Below, one piece after another: positions 30,813 through 40,534 of a DNA stretch of 64,000 nucleotides. The translations under genes and the position numbers were made by a program. Numbering within the stretch: position 1 is the stretch's first letter; each line of letters opens with the position of its first letter. The notes under the pieces are model-generated. The model was not told where the DNA came from, ran no database searches, and worked only from the letters and a program-made list of their open reading frames with translations. This stretch comes from Limnohabitans sp. (GTDB lineage: Bacteria > Pseudomonadota > Gammaproteobacteria > Burkholderiales > Burkholderiaceae_C), in NCBI GenBank assembly GCA_021300495.1, contig JAJTDK010000001.1, positions 13,400-77,399 on the forward strand, in the 5' to 3' direction.

Positions 30813-31913
30813 TTAGCGCTTTTCTTCAACAAATTGGAGCAATTGACTGACCAAATCCATTTGTTGCATCAAACGCGCTTGAGCCGCCATGGCGCAAGCT
30901 TGCCAAGCTGGCAGGTCCACCTCAGGCAATGGCTCTAGTGAGAGTCCATTCCAGCTAAGGTGAAAGCGTCGAAGGCTGTCTGGGGCTTGTAGCCAGTCTA
31001 AAAAAGCATTCAGTTTGGGGCCGTGAGCGCCATCGTCTTGCGGGTAAATTTGCCAAATAAAGGCTTTGCCCGCCCAAAGCGCTCTGACCAGCGAATCTTC
31101 GCCCCTCACGAAATTCAAATCACTTGACTTTAAAAGCTGGTCAAATTGTGTTTGAGAAAGAGGGGGAAAGAATTGATGTGAAGTTTGGTCTGCACGGCTT
31201 GGCAAAGTGCGCAATGCGTTCTCGAAGGCCAAAGCGCCTCGCCCGTGCGCCACTTGCCATTGGTGCCCAGCCGAATTCAACGATGCCAATTGCATGGCTT
31301 CTGCCAAGGCTGCTGGCTCGTAACAAAAAAGAGTGCTTTTTTGAGGGTAGGGCTTATTGCTAGATGGATCGAATCCTGGGGTTGTACCGGCATCCAATTT
31401 TTCGAGAGCCCATGCCTCTCGTATCAAGCCGCCTGTATTTTCATTGAACCCTGGATAAAAAAACCATTTGGTTCGACCTTTCAGGAGACCGCTCATCACG
31501 GGGGAGGGCAGTTTGTGGCTTTTTTCTACATAAGCCTCTGCGCTTAAATATTCCAAATTCAGCCAGACGGGGCAAGGAGTGCTGTGCGAGTTGGTTTGGC
31601 TTTGATGCGCCCATTTGACAAAATGCTCGGGTAGCTCGCAGCCAAAGGCTTCTACCCAAACCTTGGAGGGCAGGTCAAGGCCATGAAGTGCGTCATGCCA
31701 AGCCCGCACGACCACCTTTCCCGTTGTCGTGTTGAATTGAACTCTGCCCTCCGCGTTGGGTGTCGCATCAGGCGCCATCCAGGCCAACGAGGTGGCATCG
31801 TCCACCCAAAGCCTGACGCTATGACCGCGCGAAGCCAAGTCGGCACTCAGGCGCCAACAGACCCCCAAATCTCCGTAGTTGTCAATAACGCGGCAAAAAA
31901 TGTCCCAAAGCAT
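30813..31913 (-). CDS. earP: EF-P arginine rhamnosyltransferase
   Basis: DIFCRVIDNYGDLGV, NLEYLSAE and FVRGEDS motifs; adjacent to efp. Confidence 0.92.
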   Translation of the reverse strand: MLWDIFCRVIDNYGDLGVCWRLSADLASRGHSVRLWVDDATSLAWMAPDATPNAEGRVQFNTTTGKVVVRAWHDALHGLDLPSKVWVEAFGCELPEHFVKWAHQSQTNSHSTPCPVWLNLEYLSAEAYVEKSHKLPSPVMSGLLKGRTKWFFYPGFNENTGGLIREAWALEKLDAGTTPGFDPSSNKPYPQKSTLFCYEPAALAEAMQLASLNSAGHQWQVAHGRGALAFENALRTLPSRADQTSHQFFPPLSQTQFDQLLKSSDLNFVRGEDSLVRALWAGKAFIWQIYPQDDGAHGPKLNAFLDWLQAPDSLRRFHLSWNGLSLEPLPEVDLPAWQACAMAAQARLMQQMDLVSQLLQFVEEKR

Positions 31914-31952
31914 AGGTGATATTGTCGCGCGCTTCGAGACACAATAGCCCCC

Positions 31953-33923
31953 ATGTCCAGTGTTCACCCAGAATCTTTGTTGGCCGAAGTGGCCGCACTA
32001 CCCAGCTTGCCGGGGGTCTATCGCTATTTCGATGCGGAAGATCAGGTTTTGTACGTTGGCAAGGCCAGGAATTTAAAAAAGCGCGTTAGCAGTTATTTTC
32101 AAAAAGACCATGGTGGTACCCGCATTGGCCACATGATCAGCAAGATTCGGCGCATGCAAACCACGGTGGTGCGTTCGGAAGCCGAAGCCTTGCTGCTAGA
32201 AAATAACTTGATCAAAACATTGAGCCCAAAGTTCAATATTTTGTTTCGAGACGACAAAAGCTACCCTTATCTCAAAGTATCTGGTACCGGTCTGCCCCGC
32301 CACAACAAGCCAACTTCCGACACACCAAGCGGAGACAAGTCAACTGCCAAAGCAGAAGACTATTCAAGGATTGCTTACTACCGCGGAGGCGTTGAAAAAA
32401 AACACCGCTACTTTGGGCCTTACCCCAGTGCCTGGGCTGTGAAGGAAACGATTCAACTTTTGCAAAAAGTTTTCAGACTTCGCACTTGTGAGGACACTGT
32501 TTTTTCAAACCGAACACGGCCTTGTTTGCTCTACCAAATCAAACGTTGTTCGGGCCCTTGTGTGGGTGTGGTGTCAGTGGCGCAGTATGCGCAAGATGTG
32601 GCACAAGCCGAAGCCTTCTTGCAGGGCGAGACGCAGGCCGTCTTAAAGGCCATGGAAGCTCGGATGATGGCGCATGCCGACAAGCTTGAGTTTGAAATGG
32701 CGGCAGAAGTTCGCAATCAGATGACGGCTTTGTCACGCGTCTTGCATCAGCAATCGGTTGACAACGTATCTGACACCGATGTCGACATTTTGGCCGTCAA
32801 GGTGCAGGGCGGTAGGGCGTGTGTCAATTTGGCCATGGTTCGCGGGGGTCGACATTTGGGCGATCGGCCTTATTTTCCCTCGCATGTGGAAGATGGCCAC
32901 GCCATGCTAAACCTGGCATTAGAAGACGACGTCAGTGCGGTTTCACAAACTTTGGAAGTGAAAGTTTTGGAGGCCTTCATTGCGCAGCATTACTTGAGCA
33001 TTCCGGTGCCGACAACATTGATCACCAGCGAGAAAATAGATGCCAAGGTGCTTGATGCCATCGCCTTGCAGGCTGGCCTGAAAGTCAACGCCGTGCACAA
33101 CCCGCGCGAGCAAAGAAGATCATGGTTGGAGATGGCTGAGAAAAATGCGGCCATTCAACTGGCACGATTGTTGGCGGAAGAGGGCTCGCAACAAGCGCGC
33201 ACCAGAGCCTTGGTTGAAGCGCTCGATTTAGCACCAGATGACATGGATGCCTTGCGCATGGAATGCTTTGACATTTCTCATACATCTGGCGAAGCGACGC
33301 AAGCTTCTTGTGTGGTTTTTCAAAATCACAAAATGCAAAACAGCGAATATCGACGCTACAAAATCGAAGACATCACACCCGGTGACGATTACGCGGCCAT
33401 GCGGCAGGTCTTGATGCGGCGATATGGCAAGCTGGCCGAGGCCATCAAATCCGGTGAAACAGATCGGAAGACCCGCATGCCAGATTTGGTGCTCATTGAT
33501 GGGGGCAAGGGACAGGTATCGATGGCCCGAGAAGTCTTCGAAGCCTTGGGCCTCGATCTGTCCTTGATTGTGGGCGTCGAAAAAGGGGAGGGCCGAAAAG
33601 TAGGCTTAGAAGAACTGGTCTTTGCCGACGGTCGAGACAAGGTTTACCTGGGCAAAGATTCAGCAGCCTTGATGCTGGTCGCTCAAGTCAGGGATGAGGC
33701 GCACCGATTTGCCATCACCGGAATGCGTGCACAACGCGCCAAAGTTCGAATGAGCGGTGGGCGTTTAGAGGAAATTGGGGGCATTGGCCCCAAAAAACGC
33801 GCCAAACTGTTACAGCGCTTTGGGGGTGTGCGTGGCGTAGAAGACGCCAGTGTTGAAGACCTGATGTCGGTGGATGGCATCTCCAAGGAATTAGCAGAAA
33901 GCATTTACCAGGCCCTTCACTGA
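31953..33923 (+). CDS. uvrC: Excinuclease ABC subunit C
   Basis: GIY-YIG-like GVY..YVGKA, FDISH, DGGKGQ and HhH C-terminus. Confidence 0.95.
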   Translation: MSSVHPESLLAEVAALPSLPGVYRYFDAEDQVLYVGKARNLKKRVSSYFQKDHGGTRIGHMISKIRRMQTTVVRSEAEALLLENNLIKTLSPKFNILFRDDKSYPYLKVSGTGLPRHNKPTSDTPSGDKSTAKAEDYSRIAYYRGGVEKKHRYFGPYPSAWAVKETIQLLQKVFRLRTCEDTVFSNRTRPCLLYQIKRCSGPCVGVVSVAQYAQDVAQAEAFLQGETQAVLKAMEARMMAHADKLEFEMAAEVRNQMTALSRVLHQQSVDNVSDTDVDILAVKVQGGRACVNLAMVRGGRHLGDRPYFPSHVEDGHAMLNLALEDDVSAVSQTLEVKVLEAFIAQHYLSIPVPTTLITSEKIDAKVLDAIALQAGLKVNAVHNPREQRRSWLEMAEKNAAIQLARLLAEEGSQQARTRALVEALDLAPDDMDALRMECFDISHTSGEATQASCVVFQNHKMQNSEYRRYKIEDITPGDDYAAMRQVLMRRYGKLAEAIKSGETDRKTRMPDLVLIDGGKGQVSMAREVFEALGLDLSLIVGVEKGEGRKVGLEELVFADGRDKVYLGKDSAALMLVAQVRDEAHRFAITGMRAQRAKVRMSGGRLEEIGGIGPKKRAKLLQRFGGVRGVEDASVEDLMSVDGISKELAESIYQALH

Positions 33924-33977
33924 GAATGGTGCCGTGGTGTCAGCAAACTGACTTCAATGCGTGACACAATATCCACC

Positions 33978-34544
33978 ATGTTTTTAACCATTCCCACCCT
34001 CATGACTTGGACGCGCATCGTCGCGATTCCCTTCATAGTGGGGGTGTTCTACACTGAGTTGCCCGTTGAATCACGCAACTTTTTGGCCACCACCATGTTT
34101 GTGATTTTTGCAGCCACAGATTGGCTAGATGGTTTTTTGGCCCGAAAGCTCAACCAAACCTCTTCATTTGGTGCCTTTTTAGACCCAGTGGCCGACAAAT
34201 TTTTGGTCTGTGCCTGTCTGTTGGTGCTGGTCCACTTGCACCGCGTCCATGTTTTGGTGGCCTTGATCATCATTGGACGTGAAATTGCCATCTCGGCCTT
34301 GCGTGAGTGGATGGCGCAAATTGGCGCTAGCAAAAGTGTCGCGGTGCATTTCGTCGGCAAGTTAAAGACCACGGTGCAGATGGTGGCCATTCCGTTTTTA
34401 CTTTTCAATGGTCAATTGTTTGGCGTGATTGACACGCATGTGTGGGGCACTGGCCTGATTTGGATTGCCGCCATTCTGACCATTTGGTCTATGATTTACT
34501 ACATGCAAAAGGCCCTCCCTGAGATACGTGCGCGAGTGAAATGA
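33978..34544 (+). CDS. pgsA: Phosphatidylglycerophosphate synthase
   Basis: DWLDGFLAR..GAFLDPVADK; follows uvrC. Confidence 0.93.
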   Translation: MFLTIPTLMTWTRIVAIPFIVGVFYTELPVESRNFLATTMFVIFAATDWLDGFLARKLNQTSSFGAFLDPVADKFLVCACLLVLVHLHRVHVLVALIIIGREIAISALREWMAQIGASKSVAVHFVGKLKTTVQMVAIPFLLFNGQLFGVIDTHVWGTGLIWIAAILTIWSMIYYMQKALPEIRARVK

Positions 34545-35464
34545 ATCACTCCGAGTCTTCCGACGCCTGGGTTCGGGCCATGCCTGCGGTCTTCGTGCTC
34601 ATTTGGAGCACTGGCTTCATCGTGGCACGTTTTGGCATGCCCAATGCACCACCGTTTTCCTTTTTAGGGCTTCGATACGCCCTGTCCATTGCTTGCTTTG
34701 TCATTTGGATCAGGATGGCTAAGGTGAAATGGCCGCAAAGTCGATCGGAATGGTTTCACTTGTCAGTCACTGGTGTTCTCATGCATGCAGGCTACTTGGG
34801 CGGCGTTTGGGCTGCGGTCAAGGCGGGCATGGGATCAGGTTTATCGGCCCTCATAGTCGGGCTGCAACCCGTGCTGACCGCCATTTGGCTGTCGTCCAGA
34901 GATACCACTTTAGAAAACAAGGTGAGCCGCCGACAGTGGCTCGGTTTGTTGTTGGGTTTTTGTGGGCTCCTTTTGGTGGTGTGGCACAAGCTGACCCAGG
35001 GCAGTGCTTTGGACCATGTCAATGCACTCAATTTGAGTTTTGCCATCATGGCGCTACTCTCCATCACCTTGGGCACGCTTTATCAAAAAAGCTTCGTCAA
35101 GCCATGTGACGTTCGAACGGCCAATACCGTTCAATTGCTTGCGGCCTTGCTTGTGACAACGCCCTTGGCGCTGTTAGAAACTGAATCTGTGCAATTCAAC
35201 GCCGAGTTCATTGGCGCCATGGCGTGGTCTGTATTAGGATTGACCTTAGGCGGCAGTTCACTTTTGTACATGCTCATTCAGAAGGGCGCTGCTGCCAGTG
35301 TGACCAGCTTGATGTACCTTGTGCCGCCCTGTACGGCTTTGGTGGCGTGGCTGTTATTTGATGAACCCATTACTGCTTTCACACTGGTAGGTATTGCACT
35401 CACGGCTTGGGGCGTAAGTTGGGTTGTGAGGCCCAGTCAATCATTTTTAGGAGAAAAAACATGA
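34541..35464 (+). CDS. DMT/EamA family transporter
   Basis: About 10 TM segments with an EamA repeat pattern. Confidence 0.8.
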   Translation: MNHSESSDAWVRAMPAVFVLIWSTGFIVARFGMPNAPPFSFLGLRYALSIACFVIWIRMAKVKWPQSRSEWFHLSVTGVLMHAGYLGGVWAAVKAGMGSGLSALIVGLQPVLTAIWLSSRDTTLENKVSRRQWLGLLLGFCGLLLVVWHKLTQGSALDHVNALNLSFAIMALLSITLGTLYQKSFVKPCDVRTANTVQLLAALLVTTPLALLETESVQFNAEFIGAMAWSVLGLTLGGSSLLYMLIQKGAAASVTSLMYLVPPCTALVAWLLFDEPITAFTLVGIALTAWGVSWVVRPSQSFLGEKT

Positions 35465-36546
35465 CAAAAAAACGCATTGCAGTCATTGCTGGAGATGGTA
35501 TTGGCAAAGAAGTCATGCCCGAGGGCCTCAGGGTCATGGAAGCAGCGGCTTCTAAGTTCAATCTCGACTTGCAATTTGATCATTTCGACTTTTCAAGCTG
35601 GGACTACTTTGAAAAGCACGGCCAAATGATGCCCGACAATTGGAAAGACCAAATCGGTGGCCACGATGCCATCTACTTTGGTGCTGTGGGTTGGCCAGAC
35701 AAAATTGCCGACCATGTGTCTTTGTGGGGCTCTTTGCTTTTGTTTCGCCGTGAGTTTGATCAGTACATCAACCTGCGTCCTGCTAGGCTCATGCCGGGCA
35801 TCATTGCACCCGTGGTGCGAAGAGATGGCTCGCCCAGACAGCCTGGTGAAATTGACATGTACATCGTGCGCGAAAACACCGAGGGTGAGTACTCCAGCAT
35901 TGGCGGACGCATGTACCCTGGCACCGAGCGTGAAATTGTGATGCAAGAAACGGTCATGTCGCGCATTGGCGTCGATCGCGTCTTGAAATTTGCCTTTGAA
36001 CTTGCGCAGACTCGCCCTAAGAAGCATCTCACCAGTGCCACCAAATCCAACGGCATTGCCATCACCATGCCTTATTGGGATGAGCGTGTTGTCGAAATGG
36101 CCAAGAACTACCCTGGCATTCATGTTGACAAGTTTCACATTGATATTTTGACGGCGCACTTTGTCCAACGCCCCGACTTTTTCGATGTGGTGGTGGCCAG
36201 CAATTTGTTTGGTGACATTTTGAGTGACTTAGGCCCAGCTTGCACAGGCACGATTGGCATTGCACCCAGTGCCAACCTCAATCCAGATCGCAAATACCCC
36301 TCTTTGTTTGAACCGGTTCATGGCTCTGCACCAGACATCGCAGGTAAGAAAATTGCAAACCCTATCGGTCAAATTTGGTGTGGTGCCATGATGTTGGAAT
36401 TTTTGGGTTGCAAGCCTGCCCACGATGCTGTATTGGCTGCCATTGAAAAAGTATTGGCACCCCACAGTGGTGCGCCACGCACTGCCGACATTGGGGGTTC
36501 TGCTAGTACGCAAGACGTTGGAAAAGCCATTGCTGCAGCTTTATGA
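35461..36546 (+). CDS. Tartrate/D-malate dehydrogenase (decarboxylating)
   Basis: GDGIGKEV, RENTEGEYS, ATKSNG and EPVHGSAPDI motifs. Confidence 0.85.
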   Translation: MTKKRIAVIAGDGIGKEVMPEGLRVMEAAASKFNLDLQFDHFDFSSWDYFEKHGQMMPDNWKDQIGGHDAIYFGAVGWPDKIADHVSLWGSLLLFRREFDQYINLRPARLMPGIIAPVVRRDGSPRQPGEIDMYIVRENTEGEYSSIGGRMYPGTEREIVMQETVMSRIGVDRVLKFAFELAQTRPKKHLTSATKSNGIAITMPYWDERVVEMAKNYPGIHVDKFHIDILTAHFVQRPDFFDVVVASNLFGDILSDLGPACTGTIGIAPSANLNPDRKYPSLFEPVHGSAPDIAGKKIANPIGQIWCGAMMLEFLGCKPAHDAVLAAIEKVLAPHSGAPRTADIGGSASTQDVGKAIAAAL

Positions 36547-36598
36547 GAACTTTTGGGATCTAGTTGTGAGATCTCAAAAATTTTTTTCACGAAGCCCC

Positions 36599-36690
36599 TT
36601 GCAGGCATTCAGTTTGCGTCTAGAATTCGTGTCGCATTGCGGTTTCTAGACTCAAAATCATTTGACAGGCGCGTTTTGTCTGTTTAAATT
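36599..36690 (+). promoter_or_regulatory. Tandem sigma70-like promoters upstream of the HU gene
   Basis: TTGCAG-N16-TAGAAT (36599-36626) and TTGACA-N17-TAAATT (36662-36690). Confidence 0.6.
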
Positions 36691-36819
36691 GAGGTCAACA
36701 AATTCATTGCGACGACAATGTTTTTGTCATGGAAGTTTTTTTAAAACTTCAAAAAAAATTTTAACAATCATGAGTCACTCAAAAATTGAGTCCTCTTATT
36801 TTTTTCTAAGGTTCTTTGT

Positions 36820-37092
36820 ATGAACAAAACTGAATTGATCGAGCACATTGCCAAACAAGCTGACATTTCTAAAGCTGCTGCAGGCCGTGCATTGGAAGCC
36901 ACCATTGGCGCAGTTCGCACCACATTGAAAAAAGGCGGCACGGTGGCCTTGGTTGGTTTCGGTACATTCGCCGTCACCAAGCGCGCTGCTCGCGCGGGTC
37001 GCAACCCACGTACAGGTGCTGCCATCAAAATCAAATCTGCCAAGGTGCCTAAGTTCCGTCCAGGCAAGGCTCTAAAAGACGCCTTGAATTAA
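36820..37092 (+). CDS. hupB: DNA-binding protein HU
   Basis: MNKTELI, GFGTF and GRNPRTG motifs. Confidence 0.9.
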   Translation: MNKTELIEHIAKQADISKAAAGRALEATIGAVRTTLKKGGTVALVGFGTFAVTKRAARAGRNPRTGAAIKIKSAKVPKFRPGKALKDALN

Positions 37093-37105
37093 TCTTTGAT
37101 TAGGG

Positions 37106-37181
37106 GGGTGCTTAGCTCAGTCGGTAGAGCGGCGCCCTTACAAGGCGTAGGTCGGCGGTTCGACCCCGTCAGCACCCACCA
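37106..37181 (+). tRNA. tRNA-Val(TAC)
   Basis: 76-nt cloverleaf, anticodon loop CT-TAC-AA, CCA end. Confidence 0.95.
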
Positions 37182-37190
37182 CCCCCAAAC

Positions 37191-37218
37191 AGAGGCGAAC
37201 AGGTTGTTCGCCTTTTGT
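37191..37218 (+). terminator. Terminator after tRNA-Val
   Basis: AGGCGAACA-GGT-TGTTCGCCTTTT. Confidence 0.7.
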
Positions 37219-37261
37219 CTTTTTGTGACATTTACAGCGTTAATAGACAGAGAGTTCTCAC

Positions 37262-39193
37262 ATGTTTGATTTTGTCCGAAACAACACCAAGATCATGATG
37301 GGCATCTTGTTCCTGCTCATCATTCCCTCCTTCGTTTTGTTTGGTCTTGAAGGCTACAGTCGTTTCAACGACAAGGGTGCCGTGGTTGCCAAAGTCAACG
37401 GGAATAAAATCAATCAAACCGATTGGGACGCCGCACACAAGCGCGAAGTCGATCGAATTCGGGCGTCCATGCCCAATATTGACGCCAAGTTGTTTGACAC
37501 GGCAGAAGCCAAGTACGCCACGCTAGAGCGATTGGTTCGTGACCAGGTCATTACAGCAGCGGCTCAAAAATTGCAGTTGGTGGCCAGCGACACACGTTTG
37601 GCGCGCGAGTTACAGCAAAGCCCTGTCATTGCGGCATTGCGCACGGCGGATGGCAAGCTTGACATGGAGCGTTACAAACAACTGGCAGCCTCACAGGGCA
37701 TGACGCCAGAAATGTTTGAAATGCAAGTTCGTGCAGATTTGTCCAACCGCCAAGTCATTCAAGGTGTTCAAGCATCTGCATACGCCACCTCTGCGCAAAC
37801 ACAAACGGCCATGAACGCTTTCATGCAGCGACGTGAAGTGCAAATTTTGAATTTTCCAGCATCTGACTACCTAGGAAAAATCACGGTCTCTGATGCTGAT
37901 TTGCAGGCTTATTACGATAAAAACAAAGACAAATACCAATCCGCTGAGTCAGCTGACATTGAGTACATTGTTCTGGACATTGAAAGCCTGCGTCAATCGA
38001 TTACTCTGAACGAACAAGACTTGAAGTCTTACTACGAGCAAAACTTGCAGCGCTTGTCCAGCAAAGAAGAGCGTCGTGCCAGCCATATTCTGATCACTGC
38101 AGCCAAGGATTCGCCTGAAGCCGAGAAAAAAATAGCACGCGCCAAGGCCGAGGAGTTGTTGAAATTGGTCAAAGCCAAGCCTGCAAGCTTTGCCGATGTT
38201 GCTCGCAAAAACTCTCAAGACCCTGGCTCTGCTGTCAAAGGGGGTGATTTAGACTTCTTTGGCCGGGGTGCCATGGTAAAAGCCTTTGAAGATGCGGCAT
38301 TCAGCATGAAAAAGTCAGACATCAGTGACTTGGTCGAGTCTGAGTTTGGATACCACATCATTCAGCTCACTGACATCAAGGCCGCTAAAGCCCAAAGCTT
38401 TGAGTCACTGCGCCCCTCCCTAGAGGCAGACCTGAAAAAGCAGCAAGCCCAGCGCAAATATGCCGAGTTGGCAGAAACGTTTTCCAACACCGTGTACGAG
38501 CAGTCTGACAGTTTGAAGCCAGTGGCAGACAAACTCAAACTCAACATTCAAAAGGCCAATCAAGTGGCTCGCCAAGCCACTCAGCCCCAAGGTGTTTTGA
38601 GTCACCCTGGGTTGTTACAAGCTATTTTCAGTGAAGCTTCTTTGCAAAAGCAGCGCAACACAGAAGCCATTGAAGTGGCCCCTAGTACGCTGGTTTCAGC
38701 CCGTGTTGTGAAGCATCAGCCTGCAGCCACTTTGCCTTTGGTTGAGGTGAAAGAATTTGTCAAGCGTGCATTAACCCAAGAAAAGGCCGCTGAATTGGCC
38801 AAAGCCCAAGGCGAGCAACGTTTGTCTGCGCTAAAAGCCAGCACGGGTGCTGACAACCTGCCCAATGCCATTGTCATTTCACGCGAAAAAACCCAAAGAC
38901 AATTGCCCAAGGTGGTGGATGCGGTTTTGCGCGCCGATCCCAACAAGTTGCCTTCAGTCAGTGGTGTTGATTTGGGCCCTCAAGGATTTGCTGTGCTTCG
39001 TGTGACCAAGATCTTGCCACCTGAAGCTGAAAACAAAGAGCTCATGCTTCAGGCCCAGCAGCAATTCACCCAACTTTGGGGTACAGCAGAAACGCAAGCC
39101 TACATCTCTCAGTTAAAGAGCATGATGAAGGCTGAAATTTTGGTGCCAAAACCCAGTGCTGCCAAGCCAAAGTCAGAGGCGCAAGGGGCCTGA
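37262..39193 (+). CDS. ppiD: Periplasmic chaperone/PPIase PpiD
   Basis: N-terminal TM anchor; parvulin motifs RASHIL, GGDLDFF and FGYHII. Confidence 0.88.
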   Translation: MFDFVRNNTKIMMGILFLLIIPSFVLFGLEGYSRFNDKGAVVAKVNGNKINQTDWDAAHKREVDRIRASMPNIDAKLFDTAEAKYATLERLVRDQVITAAAQKLQLVASDTRLARELQQSPVIAALRTADGKLDMERYKQLAASQGMTPEMFEMQVRADLSNRQVIQGVQASAYATSAQTQTAMNAFMQRREVQILNFPASDYLGKITVSDADLQAYYDKNKDKYQSAESADIEYIVLDIESLRQSITLNEQDLKSYYEQNLQRLSSKEERRASHILITAAKDSPEAEKKIARAKAEELLKLVKAKPASFADVARKNSQDPGSAVKGGDLDFFGRGAMVKAFEDAAFSMKKSDISDLVESEFGYHIIQLTDIKAAKAQSFESLRPSLEADLKKQQAQRKYAELAETFSNTVYEQSDSLKPVADKLKLNIQKANQVARQATQPQGVLSHPGLLQAIFSEASLQKQRNTEAIEVAPSTLVSARVVKHQPAATLPLVEVKEFVKRALTQEKAAELAKAQGEQRLSALKASTGADNLPNAIVISREKTQRQLPKVVDAVLRADPNKLPSVSGVDLGPQGFAVLRVTKILPPEAENKELMLQAQQQFTQLWGTAETQAYISQLKSMMKAEILVPKPSAAKPKSEAQGA

Positions 39194-39226
39194 GAAAAAA
39201 AGTTTCAGCTATAATCCCGCTTCTAC

Positions 39227-39303
39227 GGTGGCTGTAGCTCAGTTGGTAGAGTCCAGGATTGTGATTCCTGTTGTCGTGGGTTCGAGCCCCATCAGCCACC
39301 CCA
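39227..39303 (+). tRNA. tRNA-His(GTG)
   Basis: Encoded G-1, anticodon loop TT-GTG-AT, CCA end; TATAAT upstream. Confidence 0.95.
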
Positions 39304-39311
39304 TCCAATTT

Positions 39312-39345
39312 AAAGGGTTTACAAGGTTTCTTGTAAACCCTTTTT
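39312..39345 (+). terminator. Terminator after tRNA-His
   Basis: AAAGGGTTTACAAG-GTTT-CTTGTAAACCCTTTTT. Confidence 0.8.
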
Positions 39346-40450
39346 GTTCATTTCCATTTTGAATCAAGCTTCTCAGACTTTTGACACCGCGATAGACATC
39401 GTTTACCTTTGGGTGAATGGCAACGATGAAGATTGGCGCGCCAAGCGCAAGAAATCCGCTCAGAAGTTAGAAGCAGCTGGCAAGTTAAGTTTTGCCAAGT
39501 TCGGCAATGTGGAAGGTCGTTACCGCGACAACGACGAGCTGCGGTTTAGCTTGCGCGCCCTTGAAAAATTCTTTCCTGAACACGGCCACATTTACATCGT
39601 CACAGATGGTCAGGTGCCCGATTGGTTTCAAGCCTCAGATCAAATTACTTTGGTCGATCACCATCAACTGATTCCCCATTCCTCATTGCCCACCTTTGAT
39701 TCTGGCAATATCGAGTCTTATATTCACCACATTCCAGGGCTTTCGGAATGTTATTTTTATCTGAACGACGATGTGTTCTTTGGTGCGCCTGTTTGTTTGG
39801 AAAATTGGTTTTTCGATCAAGGTTTTTTTGTCTCTTGGTCTGATGAACCCGAGGTGATTGGCAGCAAGCTAAAGGCTGAATCGACCTCCCTTGAAAATGC
39901 CAGTCGACTGTCCAGGCAGTGGCTGCAAGCCAAAGCCGACAACTTAAAGACCCGAGCCGATTCAAATGCCAGAAAAATGGACCCTCAGTATCAGCATACC
40001 GCTAGAACTTTCTCGCATTCACCTAGGCCCATGCTGAAGTCGGTAATGATGGAAATTGAGCGCGACGCGCCAGAGTTATTTGAGCGGGTTCGGTCAACTG
40101 TTTTTCGCACTTGGAACAAGCCCACCATCATTTCTGACTTTGTACTACGCTGGGCTTTGGCACATGGTTTGGCAAAAACAATAGACCATTCACATTTGTA
40201 CATTGCAACGGGGCAATCGTTAGAAACTCAATCGCTCCAGCATCTCAAAAAGCAGTTTTGCCACCTAGATTTCTTTTGCATCAATGACACCACAGACGAT
40301 GCCCATGATGGCGATCCTAGATTGCTTCAAGTTCGTCAAATGCTCAATGCACTTTTGCCCAACTCTTCTCAAAATGAAATGGCAAGCAGCCCAGATGGCA
40401 ATGCAGTGCAAGCTTTCAAATTCAAGCAGCCTTTAGGCATGACGGTTTAA
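39344..40450 (+). CDS. Stealth family protein (hexose-phosphate transferase, CpsY/XcbA-like); start uncertain
   Basis: CR1 IDIVYLWVNGND, CR2 ELRFSLRAL..LPTFDS..IE..YLNDDVFFG, CR3 HSPRPM, CR4 FFCINDT. Confidence 0.85.
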   Translation: MFISILNQASQTFDTAIDIVYLWVNGNDEDWRAKRKKSAQKLEAAGKLSFAKFGNVEGRYRDNDELRFSLRALEKFFPEHGHIYIVTDGQVPDWFQASDQITLVDHHQLIPHSSLPTFDSGNIESYIHHIPGLSECYFYLNDDVFFGAPVCLENWFFDQGFFVSWSDEPEVIGSKLKAESTSLENASRLSRQWLQAKADNLKTRADSNARKMDPQYQHTARTFSHSPRPMLKSVMMEIERDAPELFERVRSTVFRTWNKPTIISDFVLRWALAHGLAKTIDHSHLYIATGQSLETQSLQHLKKQFCHLDFFCINDTTDDAHDGDPRLLQVRQMLNALLPNSSQNEMASSPDGNAVQAFKFKQPLGMTV

Positions 40451-40534
40451 AAGCTTCAAAACAAGCGATTGTTTTAAGGGACAATTGAGCGTTTGAACCA
40501 AATCCATCTATTGCATTCACAGGAGTCGTTGAAG

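Noticed and set aside
39227-40534. Integrative element at tRNA-His (also considered at tRNA-Leu and tRNA-Val)
   Set aside because: No integrase and no duplicated tRNA 3' end seen downstream
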